Source: an uncultured Thermoplasmatales archaeon (lineage in GTDB: Archaea; Thermoplasmatota; E2; DHVEG-1). Taken from it: DNA of 43,446 nt. The translations under genes were made by a program, and so were the position numbers. Each line of letters begins with the position of its first letter. Position 1 is the stretch's first letter. Below are positions 1-9,686 of the stretch, one piece after another. The stretch covers positions 1-43,446 of the forward strand of contig CAZFAZ010000055.1 in NCBI GenBank assembly GCA_964517155.1. The letters are read 5' to 3'. Below the pieces are notes generated by a model. That model was not told where the DNA came from, did not search any database, and saw nothing but the letters and a program-made list of their open reading frames with translations.

Positions 1-92
1 CATTCCTGCCAGGGTTTACGCCTTGTTTTATCAAAGCTTTTAGCAATAGAATCCCAAGTTTTCTCAGATTCAAAAATGTAATCTTTTTTCAT
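1..92 (-). CDS. Class I SAM-dependent methyltransferase, Trm9/ALKBH8-like N-terminus (partial, runs off the window edge)
   Basis: Manual translation from ATG at 92 gives MKKDYIFESEKTWDSIAKSFDKTRRKPWQE, resembling the Y/W-D-x-IA-x-x-F-x-x-TR-x-KPW motif. Directly downstream of leuS on the same strand. Confidence 0.7.
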   Translation of the reverse strand, partial: MKKDYIFESEKTWDSIAKSFDKTRRKPWQE

Positions 93-131
93 TTTATACA
101 AAATAAGGATATGTAAAATTATTTTTAATTG

Positions 132-2957
132 TTATTCTATGAATATCGCAGGCCTCAAAGGAGTTGCAAAACGTGTTTTACTTTGCGGATCATAAATATC
201 TTTATCATCTGAACTAAAAATTTTGATGTCACAAGAAAATAAACTTTTTATGTATTGCTTAGCAGATTTTAGATACTCTTTTTCATTTATATCTATGATA
301 TATTTCTGTTTATCAGAATCACTTAATTTTTTGATTTCACCGATTATTTTTCCTGCAAATTGCGAAACCTGCTTGGCATTTGATTTCATAGATGAATTAC
401 TCATAACTTCTTTCATAAGAACACTCATATCAAGCTTGTTTTCAGATGCAAGAGCAATTGCTTTCTTGTAAATTTCTTGTTTCCAAGAAGGTGTTGTATA
501 AACATAAATTGTTTTAGGACTAATTTTGGTAACCTTTAAAATTTCTGATATATCTTCTGTTACGCCTTGCAGTAAATATTCGCCAATTTCATCTTTTTCT
601 GAAATCTTTGTTTCATCAAACTTAGGATAAAGTTCATTTGAGATAAAACCTGATTTAGAATAAATGCTACATAGTTCTTCTGCAATATGAGGTGTAACCG
701 GTGTCATAAGAACAAGCCAGTTTTTAATAAAAATATCAATTATTTCTTTGTTGCTACCGCCTCTTTTTACATACCATGAAATATTTTTCTGCATCTCAAA
801 AAATATCTCATTTGTTGCAATTCTTAAATCAAAATTTTCAAATGCAGAAATTGTTTTTTTAATAGTTCTTTGAAGACTGCTTTTTAACCATTTATCAATA
901 TTTTGATTTTTCTCATCTTTTAAACCTTTTAATCCTTGTATCTGCTTGAAAATATTTGCTAGACGATTCTTGTATTTTGTTACAGCTTCTTCATCCCATT
1001 CGATATCTACAAAAGGTGAGCCTACATGAGCATAATAAAGCCTCATTGCATCAACACCATATTTTGTTGCAGCCTCGTTTATGTGTTCTGCTCCACCTTT
1101 GGATTTGCTTATTTTTTCTTTTCCTTTTTGAGTGACCCACCAGTGGACAAAAAGACCTTGTGGTCTTTTATCTTGTGGCATTACTGCTACATGATTCATT
1201 AGAAAAACTGGAAAATGTACTGTTTTATGCTCTTTTCCACCTAGGTTTATATCAACTGGATACCAGTAATCAAAGTCTTTTTTGATTTCATCCCAAATTG
1301 TTTTTTCAGCTTTGCCTTTACCAAGAAATACATAATCAAAAAACTCTTCTGTCATATCAGATGGTTTTATTTTTTCTTCATTTACATATTTTGATATAAT
1401 ATAATATGCAGGATAAAGTGTTGAATCAGAAATAGGTTCAATTATCCAGTCTTTTTTAAATGGAAACTCTGTTCCAAGCCATGAACCTTGACGTATGCAT
1501 GCTCTGTCGTCAAACCAGTCCAGTACTCCAGGTAGCTCGTTTTTGTAGTCCAGTGGATAAATATTCATTGATTCTGAATGTTTTTTTGTCTGTTCTGTGA
1601 GGTCTTTATCACTATATTTTATAAACCATTGGTCAGGTATTTGTTTAATAAGCACTGGTGTTTGACAGCGGCATATTACTTCTTCAGAAAATTCCCTCAT
1701 AAGTGCTGCTTGATTATTTGTTATAAGCTCGTTTTTAACTTCATCTTTTATATCTGATATTTTTATTCCAGCGTATATTCCACATTTATCATTTAGATAT
1801 CCTTTGTGAAACTCGTTTTTGTATACTTCTTCTGTTGCAAGATCTAGTTTTTCTGTTTCATTCTGGCTTTTAATTCCTAATTTTTCACATTCTTGTTTTG
1901 CAGGGTTTGTTCCGTATCCTTTTACATCAATTATTGTGATAGGCTCTATATTTTCTTTTGATTCTACTAGTGCAATCCAGTCATATGGTGCATGTGCTGG
2001 AACGCTCATTACTATTCCTGTTGCAACATTTGGATCTGCAAATGGTCCTGAAAGAAGTGGTATTTCTCGCCCGATAACTGGTATTTTACAGGTTTTACCA
2101 ATGAGCTCTTTTCCTTTTATTTTCTCATTTGTAGCTTTGACATCATCTATCTGGTGTTTAAGTTTTTCAAATGCTTGTTTTGAAAGAATCCATTCTTCAC
2201 TGCCAATTTTTGCTTTTATGTATTCAACATCTGGGTTTATCCACATGTTTGTAACGCCAAAAATCGTCTCTGGTCTTAGTGTTGCAGCAGGCAGTATTGT
2301 TTTATCAGGCATTGTAAATTTGATTACTGTAAACTCCATTATTTCTGCGCTGCCGCCTTTTGATATATCTGTTTCTGATTTATCTACGGCAACTGGTCCA
2401 CAGTTTGGACAGAATGGTGCATAATGCGGTTTTTTAATAAGCAGGTTTTTTTCTTTTAGTTTTAAAAACTGCCATGTTATAAATTGTTTATATCCGTCTG
2501 ATATTGTGCTCATTATTCTTGAGTAATCTATTAAAAATCCAAATTTTTTCCAGTAGTCTTCAACATATACATTTGAAAAATATTTTACTACTTCTCCAGG
2601 GTCTGTTAGTTTTTGTATTTCTTTGTCATTTAATCCATATTCTTTTAGTGATTTGATTGTTTGTGCGTCTTTTCTTTCTACTTTTTTTGCAAATCCAATG
2701 GAAGGTATTCCTGATGCATGAAATCCTGCTGGAAAGATTACATCGTATTTTTGCATTCTTTTGTATCTTGAGATTATGTCACAGTAGGTAAAACCTCTCA
2801 TGTGTCCTACATGTAGGTATCCTGATACTCCAGGATATGCAAAGTGTATGAAGAATTTTTTTTTGTTTTGTTTTTTTGCCAGGTATATTTTTTCTTCAAG
2901 CCATTTTTTTTGCCATTTCTCTTCGATTTTTATGTATTCGTAGTTATCAGAAGCCAT
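132..2957 (-). CDS. leuS: Leucyl-tRNA synthetase (archaeal type)
   Basis: 941 aa; HIGH-like HVGH, KMSKS-like KISKS, CP1 editing ATLRPET/GIVMSVPAHAPYD, C-terminal PLRPAIFIE. Confidence 0.97.
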   Translation of the reverse strand: MASDNYEYIKIEEKWQKKWLEEKIYLAKKQNKKKFFIHFAYPGVSGYLHVGHMRGFTYCDIISRYKRMQKYDVIFPAGFHASGIPSIGFAKKVERKDAQTIKSLKEYGLNDKEIQKLTDPGEVVKYFSNVYVEDYWKKFGFLIDYSRIMSTISDGYKQFITWQFLKLKEKNLLIKKPHYAPFCPNCGPVAVDKSETDISKGGSAEIMEFTVIKFTMPDKTILPAATLRPETIFGVTNMWINPDVEYIKAKIGSEEWILSKQAFEKLKHQIDDVKATNEKIKGKELIGKTCKIPVIGREIPLLSGPFADPNVATGIVMSVPAHAPYDWIALVESKENIEPITIIDVKGYGTNPAKQECEKLGIKSQNETEKLDLATEEVYKNEFHKGYLNDKCGIYAGIKISDIKDEVKNELITNNQAALMREFSEEVICRCQTPVLIKQIPDQWFIKYSDKDLTEQTKKHSESMNIYPLDYKNELPGVLDWFDDRACIRQGSWLGTEFPFKKDWIIEPISDSTLYPAYYIISKYVNEEKIKPSDMTEEFFDYVFLGKGKAEKTIWDEIKKDFDYWYPVDINLGGKEHKTVHFPVFLMNHVAVMPQDKRPQGLFVHWWVTQKGKEKISKSKGGAEHINEAATKYGVDAMRLYYAHVGSPFVDIEWDEEAVTKYKNRLANIFKQIQGLKGLKDEKNQNIDKWLKSSLQRTIKKTISAFENFDLRIATNEIFFEMQKNISWYVKRGGSNKEIIDIFIKNWLVLMTPVTPHIAEELCSIYSKSGFISNELYPKFDETKISEKDEIGEYLLQGVTEDISEILKVTKISPKTIYVYTTPSWKQEIYKKAIALASENKLDMSVLMKEVMSNSSMKSNAKQVSQFAGKIIGEIKKLSDSDKQKYIIDINEKEYLKSAKQYIKSLFSCDIKIFSSDDKDIYDPQSKTRFATPLRPAIFIE

Positions 2958-3042
2958 AATTCTAATCGTTTTTGGGAATGATACTTGTTTATTTAATGGT
3001 TTTTCTAAGGTTTGACATTTTCACATTTTAAGTATAATGTCT

Positions 3043-3086
3043 AACAAAGTTTAAATACTTGTAATTACAGAGTATAACATAGGAGG
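3043..3086 (+). promoter_or_regulatory. BRE/TATA promoter, palindrome and Shine-Dalgarno for small ORF 3096
   Basis: AACAAAG-TTTAAATA (TATA 3050-3057), TGTAATTACA palindrome 3060-3069, AGGAGG 3081-3086. Confidence 0.55.
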
Positions 3087-3095
3087 ATTAAGAAA

Positions 3096-3206
3096 ATGAA
3101 AATAGTAAGTGAGGTAAAAACCCAGCAAGATCTTGATGAACTAAAAATAGTAATGGAAATCTTCATAGTAAACAACAGAATCAGAGAACTAGCAAGAAGC
3201 ATATAA
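3096..3206 (+). CDS. Small protein, 36 aa (absent from ORF track)
   Basis: MKIVSEVKTQQDLDELKIVMEIFIVNNRIRELARSI*; strong SD and TATA upstream; fills the intergenic gap. Confidence 0.6.
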   Translation: MKIVSEVKTQQDLDELKIVMEIFIVNNRIRELARSI

Positions 3207-3213
3207 ACACAAA

Positions 3214-3750
3214 TCATTTGCTTTCTTCAGATTCTGAATCAGATTTTTTAGATTTATTAGGAATAACATTTTTAAGTTTACTAATTTTACCAAAACTACC
3301 CTTCAACTTAGAACCAATAGATGATTTTTCTTGAGATGTACTTTTATCACTTTTATCTTTTGATTTTTTAAAAGGCAAAATTTTCTTTAAAGAAAACTTC
3401 TTTTTATCAGCCTTTACCTTATTTTTAGGTTCAGGTCTTTTAAAGTCAAGATTAACAAGACCTCCAGATTCATCAAAACGAATCCTAAAAGTTGCACTCG
3501 GTTTATCAACAACAATTTTTTCTTTTTTCTTCAAAAACTTAAATTTCTTAGGTTTATCTAAAAACTTTGGTTCAGATATATCCTGTTGCGGCTCAAGTGA
3601 GTTATAATCAACTTCAATAATATCTTCTTTAACTTCTTCAACTGGCTTTAAATTAAACTCTAAAAGACCTTCTTCGAATTTTTTTATATCATCGATTAAC
3701 TCAAGAACTTCATCATGAGATTTAACCATATCACCATCTTCAACAGGCAT
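3214..3750 (-). CDS. Hypothetical protein, acidic N-half and Lys/Ser-rich C-half
   Basis: ORF track 3214..3780; ATG at 3750 (MPVEDGD) preferred because AGGAG lies upstream; no family recognised. Confidence 0.7.
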   Translation of the reverse strand: MPVEDGDMVKSHDEVLELIDDIKKFEEGLLEFNLKPVEEVKEDIIEVDYNSLEPQQDISEPKFLDKPKKFKFLKKKEKIVVDKPSATFRIRFDESGGLVNLDFKRPEPKNKVKADKKKFSLKKILPFKKSKDKSDKSTSQEKSSIGSKLKGSFGKISKLKNVIPNKSKKSDSESEESK

Positions 3751-3932
3751 AACCACACACGTTTCTCCTAGCCTAAACAATCAAATTTATAATAATTTTT
3801 ATCAGATATATGATATTTAGAACTTATGTTTTTCTATTTAGTTTTCAATTTGGCTTAATTCATTCAAATAAAATAAAAATATTTAAACTAAACAAAGGAT
3901 TCTACTATTCAAAAAAATAAGGTAGCGAAAGG

Positions 3933-4817
3933 ATGCAAGAACAACTAAATGATGAACAAAATATTTTTGATGAAAAAGAAATACGAATAAAAGAACTAGA
4001 AAAAAGACTTAAAGAAACAGAAGAAAAACTAAATAATTTACAAAAAGAAAACCAGCTAAGCAAAGAACTAGGAAGCAAAGTAATAGACAGTACAGTAGAA
4101 ATAAACAGACTTATACAACATAAATCACGATTTATAGATAACCTAAGCCATGACCTTGCAACACCAATAACGCCTCTAATATCTTTATTACCTATAATAA
4201 AAGATGAGCTGACAAATGAAGAAACAAAAAAACTGCTAGATACCTGTATAAGAAACGTAGAATACATAAAAAGAGTAATAAACAACGCAAGAGAACTTGC
4301 AGATATTGGCTCTACTGATTTCATATTCAAAAGAGAAAATCTTGCAGAAATTGTTGATCAACTAATAAAAAAATATGATGTAGTGTTCAAAGGATACAAT
4401 GTAAAAACACAAAACAGCATAGATACAAACATCATAATAAAAACAGAAAAAAATAGATTACTGCAACTACTTGACCATATAACCTCAAATGCAATAAACA
4501 GTATGCCTGAAGGCGGACTTTTAAACTTTGAATCAAAACAAGTAAAAAAAGAAAACAAAAACTTTATACAAATAACAATAACAGATACAGGAATAGGATT
4601 AACAAGAGAACAAACAGACCACTTGTTTGAGGAATTCTACAAAACAGACAATTCAAGACATAAACTAGATTCAACCGGACTCGGGCTTACAATATGCAAA
4701 ACCATAATTGAAAAACATGGTGGAAAAATATGGGCAGACAGCCACGGCCCTGGAAAAGGTACATCAATACATTTTACAATCCCTTCAGATCAAAGCATTT
4801 ATACACGTAGCTTTTAA
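3933..4817 (+). CDS. Soluble histidine kinase (coiled coil + HisKA + HATPase_c)
   Basis: H-box SHDLATP, N-box SNAIN, G1 DTGIG, F-box LFEEFY, G2 STGLGL; no TM or sensor domain. Confidence 0.93.
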   Translation: MQEQLNDEQNIFDEKEIRIKELEKRLKETEEKLNNLQKENQLSKELGSKVIDSTVEINRLIQHKSRFIDNLSHDLATPITPLISLLPIIKDELTNEETKKLLDTCIRNVEYIKRVINNARELADIGSTDFIFKRENLAEIVDQLIKKYDVVFKGYNVKTQNSIDTNIIIKTEKNRLLQLLDHITSNAINSMPEGGLLNFESKQVKKENKNFIQITITDTGIGLTREQTDHLFEEFYKTDNSRHKLDSTGLGLTICKTIIEKHGGKIWADSHGPGKGTSIHFTIPSDQSIYTRSF

Positions 4818-4824
4818 GAAAATA

Positions 4825-4872
4825 AAAAAGTTTTAAATAATAGTTGCAGATTGCAACAATATCGGGGAGAGG
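4825..4872 (+). promoter_or_regulatory. BRE/TATA, inverted-repeat operator and SD for small ORF 4879
   Basis: AAAAAG-TTTTAAATAA (4831-4840), GTTGCA-gat-TGCAAC (4843-4857), GGGGAGAGG (4864-4872). Confidence 0.5.
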
Positions 4873-4878
4873 CAAATT

Positions 4879-4983
4879 ATGCTAGATAAATTAGAGAAAT
4901 ACATAAGTAGTCAGAAGTTTGGAAAGTTAGAATTAGTAGACAAAGAAATTTTTTACATATCATTTAATACAAGGGACAACTAG
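4879..4983 (+). CDS. Small protein, 34 aa (absent from ORF track)
   Basis: MLDKLEKYISSQKFGKLELVDKEIFYISFNTRDN*; own promoter and SD; stop overlaps the convergent gene's stop by 4 nt. Confidence 0.5.
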   Translation: MLDKLEKYISSQKFGKLELVDKEIFYISFNTRDN

Positions 4984-5204
4984 ACAATACTAGAAAAAAT
5001 ATTTTGTATAAAGTCAAACACTCCAAGGAGATCTAGACCAAAAAGAATTACAAAAAACGCAACTATCACAAGTAAAATTTTAAGTGCAAATTTAATTATT
5101 TTCCATAATATTACAACACCGATGATCAAAGCTATAAAAACCAACCACAAGGGAATAACAAAACCAAACAATGTAACTGCAAATAAACTCATATAATCAA
5201 CCAA
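4980..5204 (-). CDS. Small membrane protein (2-3 TM helices)
   Basis: 74 aa, almost entirely hydrophobic, with a K-rich loop (WKIIKFALK). Confidence 0.75.
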   Translation of the reverse strand: MVDYMSLFAVTLFGFVIPLWLVFIALIIGVVILWKIIKFALKILLVIVAFFVILFGLDLLGVFDFIQNIFSSIV

Positions 5205-5311
5205 AACTGTATATTGCTTGTCTTTTTTATAATTTTACTTAAAATTACAAAAAATTTCTTTATTTTTTTTCTTCCAAAATATTCTAAAACAAGACAACAT
5301 ATTACCAATCT

Positions 5312-7585
5312 GTGTTTTTAACAAACGAATACATAAAAAAAGAAAGCATTGAAACAAGGCAATACCAGATAAATATTGCAAAATCTGCATTAAAAGAAAA
5401 CAGTTTAGTAGTACTTCCTACAGGCCTTGGAAAAACAATAATTGCATTAATTCTTATTGTAGAAGAACTCAAAAAAGACAATAAAAAAATATTGTTTCTT
5501 GCACCAACAAAACCACTTGTGTTACAACATGCTCAATTTCTAAAAGAATTTCTAATACTTAATCCTGAAAAAATAACAGTTTTTACAGGAGAGATTTCTC
5601 CAGTAAAAAGAACAAACCTCTGGGAGAACAGCAAAATAATTATATCAACACCACAAGTAATAGAAAATGATTTACTATCAAAAAGAATAAAACTTGAAAA
5701 ATTTGGTTTAATAATCTTTGATGAGGCGCACCATGCAGTAGGTGAATACTCATATGTTTTCATATCAGAAATGTATAAACAACAAGCAAAAGACCGGTTG
5801 ATACTGGGAATTACTGCATCACCAGGAAATGACATGGCAAAAATTGTTGAAGTATGCAAAAACCTAGATATACAAAACATAGAAATCAGAACAAAACACG
5901 ACCCTGATGTAAAACCATATGTACACGATTTAAACATCACCTGGAAAGAAATTTTACTTCCAAAAGATTTTTCATATACAATACAGCTGCTAAAAAAAGC
6001 TCTTTCAAAAAGATTAAAAACATTAAAAGACATGAATTTTATAGAAACTGCTTCTACAAATATGGTAAACAAAACAAAACTTCTAGATGCACAAAAAATG
6101 ATACAAGCAGAAATAAAAGCAAGTGCAAAACCACATAAAGCACTTTTTCAAGCAGCATCAATACAAAGCGAGGCAATGAAAATACATTATGCACTTGAAC
6201 TAATACAAACCCAAGGAGTAAACGCATTAAAAAACTATTTTAAAAGAATGACTGGAGAAGCAAAAACAAAAAATGCTACAAAATCTTCAAGAACAATTAC
6301 TACAGATAGTGATATAATAGAAGCAATGGCCTTTTTAAATTCATTAAAAATAGAACATCCGAAAGTAGAAGAAATATCAAAAATAGTAAAACAACAACTA
6401 CAAGAAAAACCAGATTCAAGAATAATAGTTTTCACACATTATCGTGATACTTCAGCATATATCTCACAAGAGCTAGAAAACATAAAACAAGCAAAACCTG
6501 CAAGATTCATAGGTCAAGCAATAAAAAAAGATGATAAAGGCCTTACACAAAAACAACAAGCAGAAATAATAAAAAAATTTAGAAATGGAGAATACAATGT
6601 TTTAATTGCAACATCAGTGGCAGAAGAAGGATTAGATATACCATCAACTGACTTAGTAGTATTTTATGAGCCAATCCCTTCAGAAATACGAGCAATTCAA
6701 AGAAGAGGAAGAACAGCAAGAAAAACAGCAGGAAAAGTAATAATACTAATAACAAAAGGAACACCAGATGAAGGATACTACTGGTCTGCCAAAAGAAAAG
6801 AAAAAAGAATGAGATCAGAACTAGAGACAATAAGGCTTAAATTAGGAAAAAGACTAGAAGGAAAAAACCCTTTTGAAAACATAGAAAAAATTGATAAAAC
6901 AGATCAAAAAACACTTACAGAATACCCAAAAAAACAAGGAAACATAACTGTGATAGTAGACCAAAGAGAATACCGCTCAAACGTTGTAAAAAACCTTGCG
7001 ATAAAAGGCGTAACAATAGAATCACAACAATTAGATGTTGGAGATTATGTACTTTCATCAAGAATAGGCGTAGAACGGAAAAATACACAGGATTTTATAA
7101 GTTCATTAATAGATGGGAAACTCTTCAAACAGCTACAAAGACTAAGAGATGCCTATTCAAGACCGATACTGATACTTGAAGGTGAAAACCTATTTACACA
7201 TAGAAACATGAATCATAATGCAATATACGGCAGTCTTGCATCAATCTCAGTTGACTATGGAATACCAATAATAACAACAAAAGACGAGCTTGAAACTGCA
7301 AACCTCTTAAGTGTACTGGCAAAAAGAGAACAAAAAGAAGAAAAAAAAGCAGTAGCAATACGCGGTGAAAAAACGCAGATGTCATTAAACGAAAGACAGC
7401 AATTTCTTGTAGAGGGGCTGCCAAATGTATCTGCAGTACTTGCTAAAAGGCTACTTATGCATTTTGGGAGTATAAAAGATATAGCAAATGCTTCAGAAGA
7501 AGAACTACAAGAAGTAGAAGGAATAGGAAAAAATATAGCTTCAGAAATAATAAAACTATTAAATTCAGATTATCTTGATAAATAA
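5312..7585 (+). CDS. hef: Hef helicase/nuclease (FANCM/XPF-like: DEAH helicase + ERCC4 nuclease + HhH)
   Basis: LPTGLGKT, FDEAHH, TASPG, QRRGRTAR; VDQRE..GDY..VERK nuclease motif; VEGIG HhH. Confidence 0.96.
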   Translation: MFLTNEYIKKESIETRQYQINIAKSALKENSLVVLPTGLGKTIIALILIVEELKKDNKKILFLAPTKPLVLQHAQFLKEFLILNPEKITVFTGEISPVKRTNLWENSKIIISTPQVIENDLLSKRIKLEKFGLIIFDEAHHAVGEYSYVFISEMYKQQAKDRLILGITASPGNDMAKIVEVCKNLDIQNIEIRTKHDPDVKPYVHDLNITWKEILLPKDFSYTIQLLKKALSKRLKTLKDMNFIETASTNMVNKTKLLDAQKMIQAEIKASAKPHKALFQAASIQSEAMKIHYALELIQTQGVNALKNYFKRMTGEAKTKNATKSSRTITTDSDIIEAMAFLNSLKIEHPKVEEISKIVKQQLQEKPDSRIIVFTHYRDTSAYISQELENIKQAKPARFIGQAIKKDDKGLTQKQQAEIIKKFRNGEYNVLIATSVAEEGLDIPSTDLVVFYEPIPSEIRAIQRRGRTARKTAGKVIILITKGTPDEGYYWSAKRKEKRMRSELETIRLKLGKRLEGKNPFENIEKIDKTDQKTLTEYPKKQGNITVIVDQREYRSNVVKNLAIKGVTIESQQLDVGDYVLSSRIGVERKNTQDFISSLIDGKLFKQLQRLRDAYSRPILILEGENLFTHRNMNHNAIYGSLASISVDYGIPIITTKDELETANLLSVLAKREQKEEKKAVAIRGEKTQMSLNERQQFLVEGLPNVSAVLAKRLLMHFGSIKDIANASEEELQEVEGIGKNIASEIIKLLNSDYLDK

Positions 7586-7649
7586 TTTTTTCCCAAATAT
7601 TTAAATCCACCTCTCCATTACCATGCTGAAAACAAAGAATGGTGATACA

Positions 7650-7904
7650 ATGTCAACAGATGAAAAAATATCTCAAGTTTGTGACGGTTTAAGCATGCTG
7701 CATGAAGATAATTCAATCCCACGAAACATAAGAAGAGGTGCTGAAGAAGTAAAAACAGCACTTTTAAATCAAAAAGACCCACTTGATGTCCGAGTTGCAA
7801 GTGCATCATCAAGACTTGATGAAATGGCAAATGACCCAAATATTCCTCTTCATGGCAGAACCCTTATTTGGAATATAATGAGCAGACTTGAAGAAATTGC
7901 CTAA
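7650..7904 (+). CDS. UPF0147 family protein
   Basis: DNSIPRNIRR...LDEMANDPNIPLHGRTLIW signature; start moved to the ATG after GGTGA SD. Confidence 0.93.
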   Translation: MSTDEKISQVCDGLSMLHEDNSIPRNIRRGAEEVKTALLNQKDPLDVRVASASSRLDEMANDPNIPLHGRTLIWNIMSRLEEIA

Positions 7905-7955
7905 AGTTTTTTATAATACTACAGTTCTTTGTTTAAATGGGAGTTGAAAAAATTT

Positions 7956-8837
7956 ATGATAAGAATAGGTCAAGCAGGAATACCTTTATCCTGCAAAGGA
8001 AGAACAAATAAGGACGGCCTGGTGTATACCAAAAACATTTTAGATTTAAATGCAATGGAATTGCAATTTGTAAGAGGTTTATATGTAATGGAGGATGAAG
8101 AGGCAAAAATCATCCATGATTTTGCAAAGGAAAATGATGTAGAATTACATGTTCATGCACCTTATTATATAAATTTAGCAGCAGATGATGAAGAACTTGA
8201 CCTTAGTTTTGATAAAATAATTTATAGCGCCACTGTCGCACAAAAAATGGGTGCTAAAAGTGTTGTAGTTCATCCTGGTTATTATGGTGAAGAAGGAGAA
8301 AAAAAGACGCTTAAAAAAATAATTAAAAATGTTAAAAAAATTCAAGGAAACTTTAAAAAAGAAAAAATCAAAACTAAGCTTGCAATTGAAACAATGGGTA
8401 AACAAAAAGTTTTTGGAAGTATTGATGAAGTAATCGAAATATGCAAAAACGTAAAAGATGTGATTCCTGCGATTGGCCTTGGGCATATACATGCTAGAAC
8501 AAATGGTGGACTTAAAAAACGAGAAGATTTTGAAGAAATATTTGAAAAGCTTAAACCACTTAAACTAAAACATTATTTACTTCATGTTACAGGTGTAATG
8601 TATGAAAATGGCAACGAATTTTATCATATTCCAATCAAAAAAGGCGATATGCCTCTTATGCCAATTATCGATATAATTCTTGATAATAATTATGATGTTA
8701 CTTTTATCTCCGAATCCCCGCTTCTTGAACATGATGCAGTATATATCAGGTTGCAAGTAGAAAAAGCAATCATGAAACGTACTGGTAAAGAAGAAGCAGA
8801 CTATAGGGATCTTTCGGAGATTGTAAAGAATGGCTAA
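7956..8837 (+). CDS. Endonuclease IV family (AP endonuclease 2 TIM barrel)
   Basis: HAPYYINL, VVHPG, ETMGK, HIHAR, ISESP motifs; ATG start MIRIGQAG. Confidence 0.88.
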   Translation: MIRIGQAGIPLSCKGRTNKDGLVYTKNILDLNAMELQFVRGLYVMEDEEAKIIHDFAKENDVELHVHAPYYINLAADDEELDLSFDKIIYSATVAQKMGAKSVVVHPGYYGEEGEKKTLKKIIKNVKKIQGNFKKEKIKTKLAIETMGKQKVFGSIDEVIEICKNVKDVIPAIGLGHIHARTNGGLKKREDFEEIFEKLKPLKLKHYLLHVTGVMYENGNEFYHIPIKKGDMPLMPIIDIILDNNYDVTFISESPLLEHDAVYIRLQVEKAIMKRTGKEEADYRDLSEIVKNG

Positions 8838-9390
8838 ACCTGTCTTTGAAGAATCTATTGATTATATTCAATTAAAAATAAAAGATATCTTAAGTAAAGT
8901 TTCTCAGAAAGATATTGAAACTTTTAAAAAATTGTTTTTCTCTGCAAATCGAGTTTTTTTATATGGTGCAGGACGTTCTGGTCTTGTTGCAAAAGCTTTT
9001 GCGATACGTCTTGTTCATTTAGGATTTCAAACTTTTGTAATAGGTGAAACAATAACGGCACCTGTTCAAAAAGGAGATATAGTAATAATAGCATCTGGTT
9101 CAGGAGAAACTATCCCAGCAGTTATGACTGCAGAAATTGCACATAACATAGGTGCAAAAGTTGTATCTATCACAGGTAAGAAAAAATCAGATATTGCAAA
9201 ATACGCTGATGTAACAATTTTTATCAAAGCAGGGTGCAATGAACTTGATAGAAAGAAATATGCACCACTCGGAACGCTTTTTGAGGCAAGTGTTTGGATA
9301 TTACTTGATGGGATAATCGCGGATTTATTAAATAGTAAAAAAGAAACAGAAGAAGATATGCGAAACCGTCATGCTACGCTGCAACAGTAA
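8830..9390 (+). CDS. hxlB: 6-phospho-3-hexuloisomerase (SIS domain)
   Basis: GAGRSGL, VIGET, SGSGET, APLGTLFE, C-terminal RHATL. Confidence 0.9.
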   Translation: MAKPVFEESIDYIQLKIKDILSKVSQKDIETFKKLFFSANRVFLYGAGRSGLVAKAFAIRLVHLGFQTFVIGETITAPVQKGDIVIIASGSGETIPAVMTAEIAHNIGAKVVSITGKKKSDIAKYADVTIFIKAGCNELDRKKYAPLGTLFEASVWILLDGIIADLLNSKKETEEDMRNRHATLQQ

Positions 9391-9399
9391 ACTAATCTT

Positions 9400-9660
9400 T
9401 TAAGAATATCTTTTCTTTAAACCGATTAATGTCAAGCAACAGCCTACACTAAATATATTTGCGGCCATTACCGCAAAAGAACTGATTAAATATCCATATA
9501 CAAACCAAATTGTCATGCCAACAGATAAAACAGCAGGCATAAAATATGATACATCATCAAGTTTTTTGGTTTTAAAACCCTTGAACAGTTGTGGTAAAAA
9601 ACCTGTTGATGTAATTATTCCGGCTATTAAACCTATTATCTCATTTGGATCAAAGTTCAT
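9400..9660 (-). CDS. SemiSWEET / PQ-loop family transporter
   Basis: 86 aa, 3 TM, FLPQ motif, W-x-x-YG...AN. Confidence 0.88.
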   Translation of the reverse strand: MNFDPNEIIGLIAGIITSTGFLPQLFKGFKTKKLDDVSYFMPAVLSVGMTIWFVYGYLISSFAVMAANIFSVGCCLTLIGLKKRYS

Positions 9661-9686
9661 TTGTAATTATCAACTCTTTTTAAAAA

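Noticed and set aside
1819..2424. 201-aa + strand ORF and the many other antisense ORFs in the track (e.g. 3905-4330, 5533-6072, 23434-24003, 32013-32477, 37467-37832)
   Set aside because: Shadow ORFs opposite well-supported genes; F/S/I-rich mirror composition and no motifs.
3012..3038. Perfect bacterial sigma70 hexamers TTGACA-N15-TATAAT
   Set aside because: Archaeal host, suboptimal 15-nt spacing, AT-rich background; an archaeal TATA box lies just downstream.
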